DNA of 64,000 nt, taken from contig JBAZQS010000002.1 in NCBI GenBank assembly GCA_041645075.1, positions 693 to 64,692 of the forward strand, in the 5' to 3' direction. Positions 63,407 to 64,000 of this stretch are shown here, one piece after another; position 1 is the stretch's first letter, and each line of letters starts with the position of its first letter. Source of the stretch: Patescibacteria group bacterium. Lineage in GTDB: Bacteria > Patescibacteriota > Patescibacteriia > 2-01-FULL-39-33. Position numbers and translations under genes: made by a program. The notes beneath the pieces were generated by a model. The model was given only the letters and a program-made list of their open reading frames with translations, made no database searches and was not told the origin of the DNA.

Positions 63407-64000
63407 TTAAGGCAGATAACTTAAGGGATTGACCGGTATGCCGTTATAGCGGACTTCAAAATGTAAATGCGGTCCGGAAGAAAAGCCGGTATTGCCGCTT
63501 AAGCCGATAATTTGGCCCTGGCTTACATATTGGTCGCTCTTAACGTTGGCGCTGCTTAAATGGGCGTAAAGCGTGGCCAAGTTATTATTATGAATAATTA
63601 AAATATAGTTTCCATACCAGCGAGTGCCCAGCGCCACCTTGGCGACATAACCCGCTTCGGCCGAAGCGACTGGCGTACCCGATGGCATGCCCAGATCAAG
63701 GCCCGAATGTTCAAATAGGTTGCGATAGGGATAATCCGGGTCGCGAAAATAAACCGTAATTCTTCTAATGTTTGTCGGCCAAGCCAAAACCGCGTCGCCA
63801 AACAAATTAAATTTTTCTTTGGCTCCCCTCTTTTCCAGCTCATCCCTTAAACGCCTTTCCAAATTAGTGATTAAAGAATTAACCGCCATTTGTTCTTTTT
63901 TCAAATTTTCTACCAAACCTTGAAATTTTCTTTCGGAATTTTTCGTCTCACTGATCAATTGCTGTTTAGTGTCCTTCTGTTCATCTAAAATATCCTTCTC
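63407..64000 (-). CDS. M23 peptidoglycan endopeptidase with coiled coil (EnvC/MepM-like); 5' end outside the window
   Basis: HSGLD..YGNY..H..TLYAHL..GNTGFSSGPHLHFEVR. Confidence 0.92.
   Translation of the reverse strand, partial: EKDILDEQKDTKQQLISETKNSERKFQGLVENLKKEQMAVNSLITNLERRLRDELEKRGAKEKFNLFGDAVLAWPTNIRRITVYFRDPDYPYRNLFEHSGLDLGMPSGTPVASAEAGYVAKVALGTRWYGNYILIIHNNNLATLYAHLSSANVKSDQYVSQGQIIGLSGNTGFSSGPHLHFEVRYNGIPVNPLSYLP

Noticed and set aside
1-64000. Alternative genetic code (TGA=Gly, as in Gracilibacteria)
   Set aside because: Conserved genes (pheS, rlmN, GT4) end at TGA at their expected C-termini and have no internal TGA

Overview
AT-rich bacterial chromosomal segment using the standard genetic code (TGA is stop). 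It is most consistent with a Candidate Phyla Radiation / Patescibacteria (Parcubacteria-like) genome; this is an inference from the gene content (DUF4012, DUF192, CxxC-x17-CxxC and DUF11-like proteins, SD-less core genes). The backbone carries three GT4 glycosyltransferases, tgt, a wecA/mraY-family gene, rplU, recR, dnaB, a P-type ATPase, ftsB-like/prsA-like/rlpA/ftsE/ftsX, dxr-ispE, guaA, rlmN, pyrE-pyrF, a UvrD-PD-(D/E)XK helicase, pheST, lysS, serS, ftsQ-like, a Xer recombinase and four tRNAs (Lys-TTT, Thr-CGT, Gly-CCC, Gln-TTG). Highlights: (1) an ~11 kb accessory block after tRNA-Lys encoding a PpkA-type vWA lipoprotein, an ABC ATPase, a giant FtsX/MacB permease, two anchored coiled-coil proteins, a nuclease-like protein, a stand-alone RuvA C-terminal domain protein and an M50B protease; (2) four microproteins missing from the ORF track (11-Cys metallothionein-like, 24-aa basic, 51-aa acidic, 48-aa hydrophobic in a structured transcript); (3) candidate structured ncRNAs at 16.3-16.76 kb and 49.6-50.3 kb; (4) palindromic mini-elements inserted in frame in proteins, a tRNA fragment split by a structured insertion, and a MITE; (5) a Tgt lacking its Zn ligands; (6) a xer locus with a lox/dif-like half-site near a gene-strand switch. 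All assignments are by eye from motifs; no searches were run.
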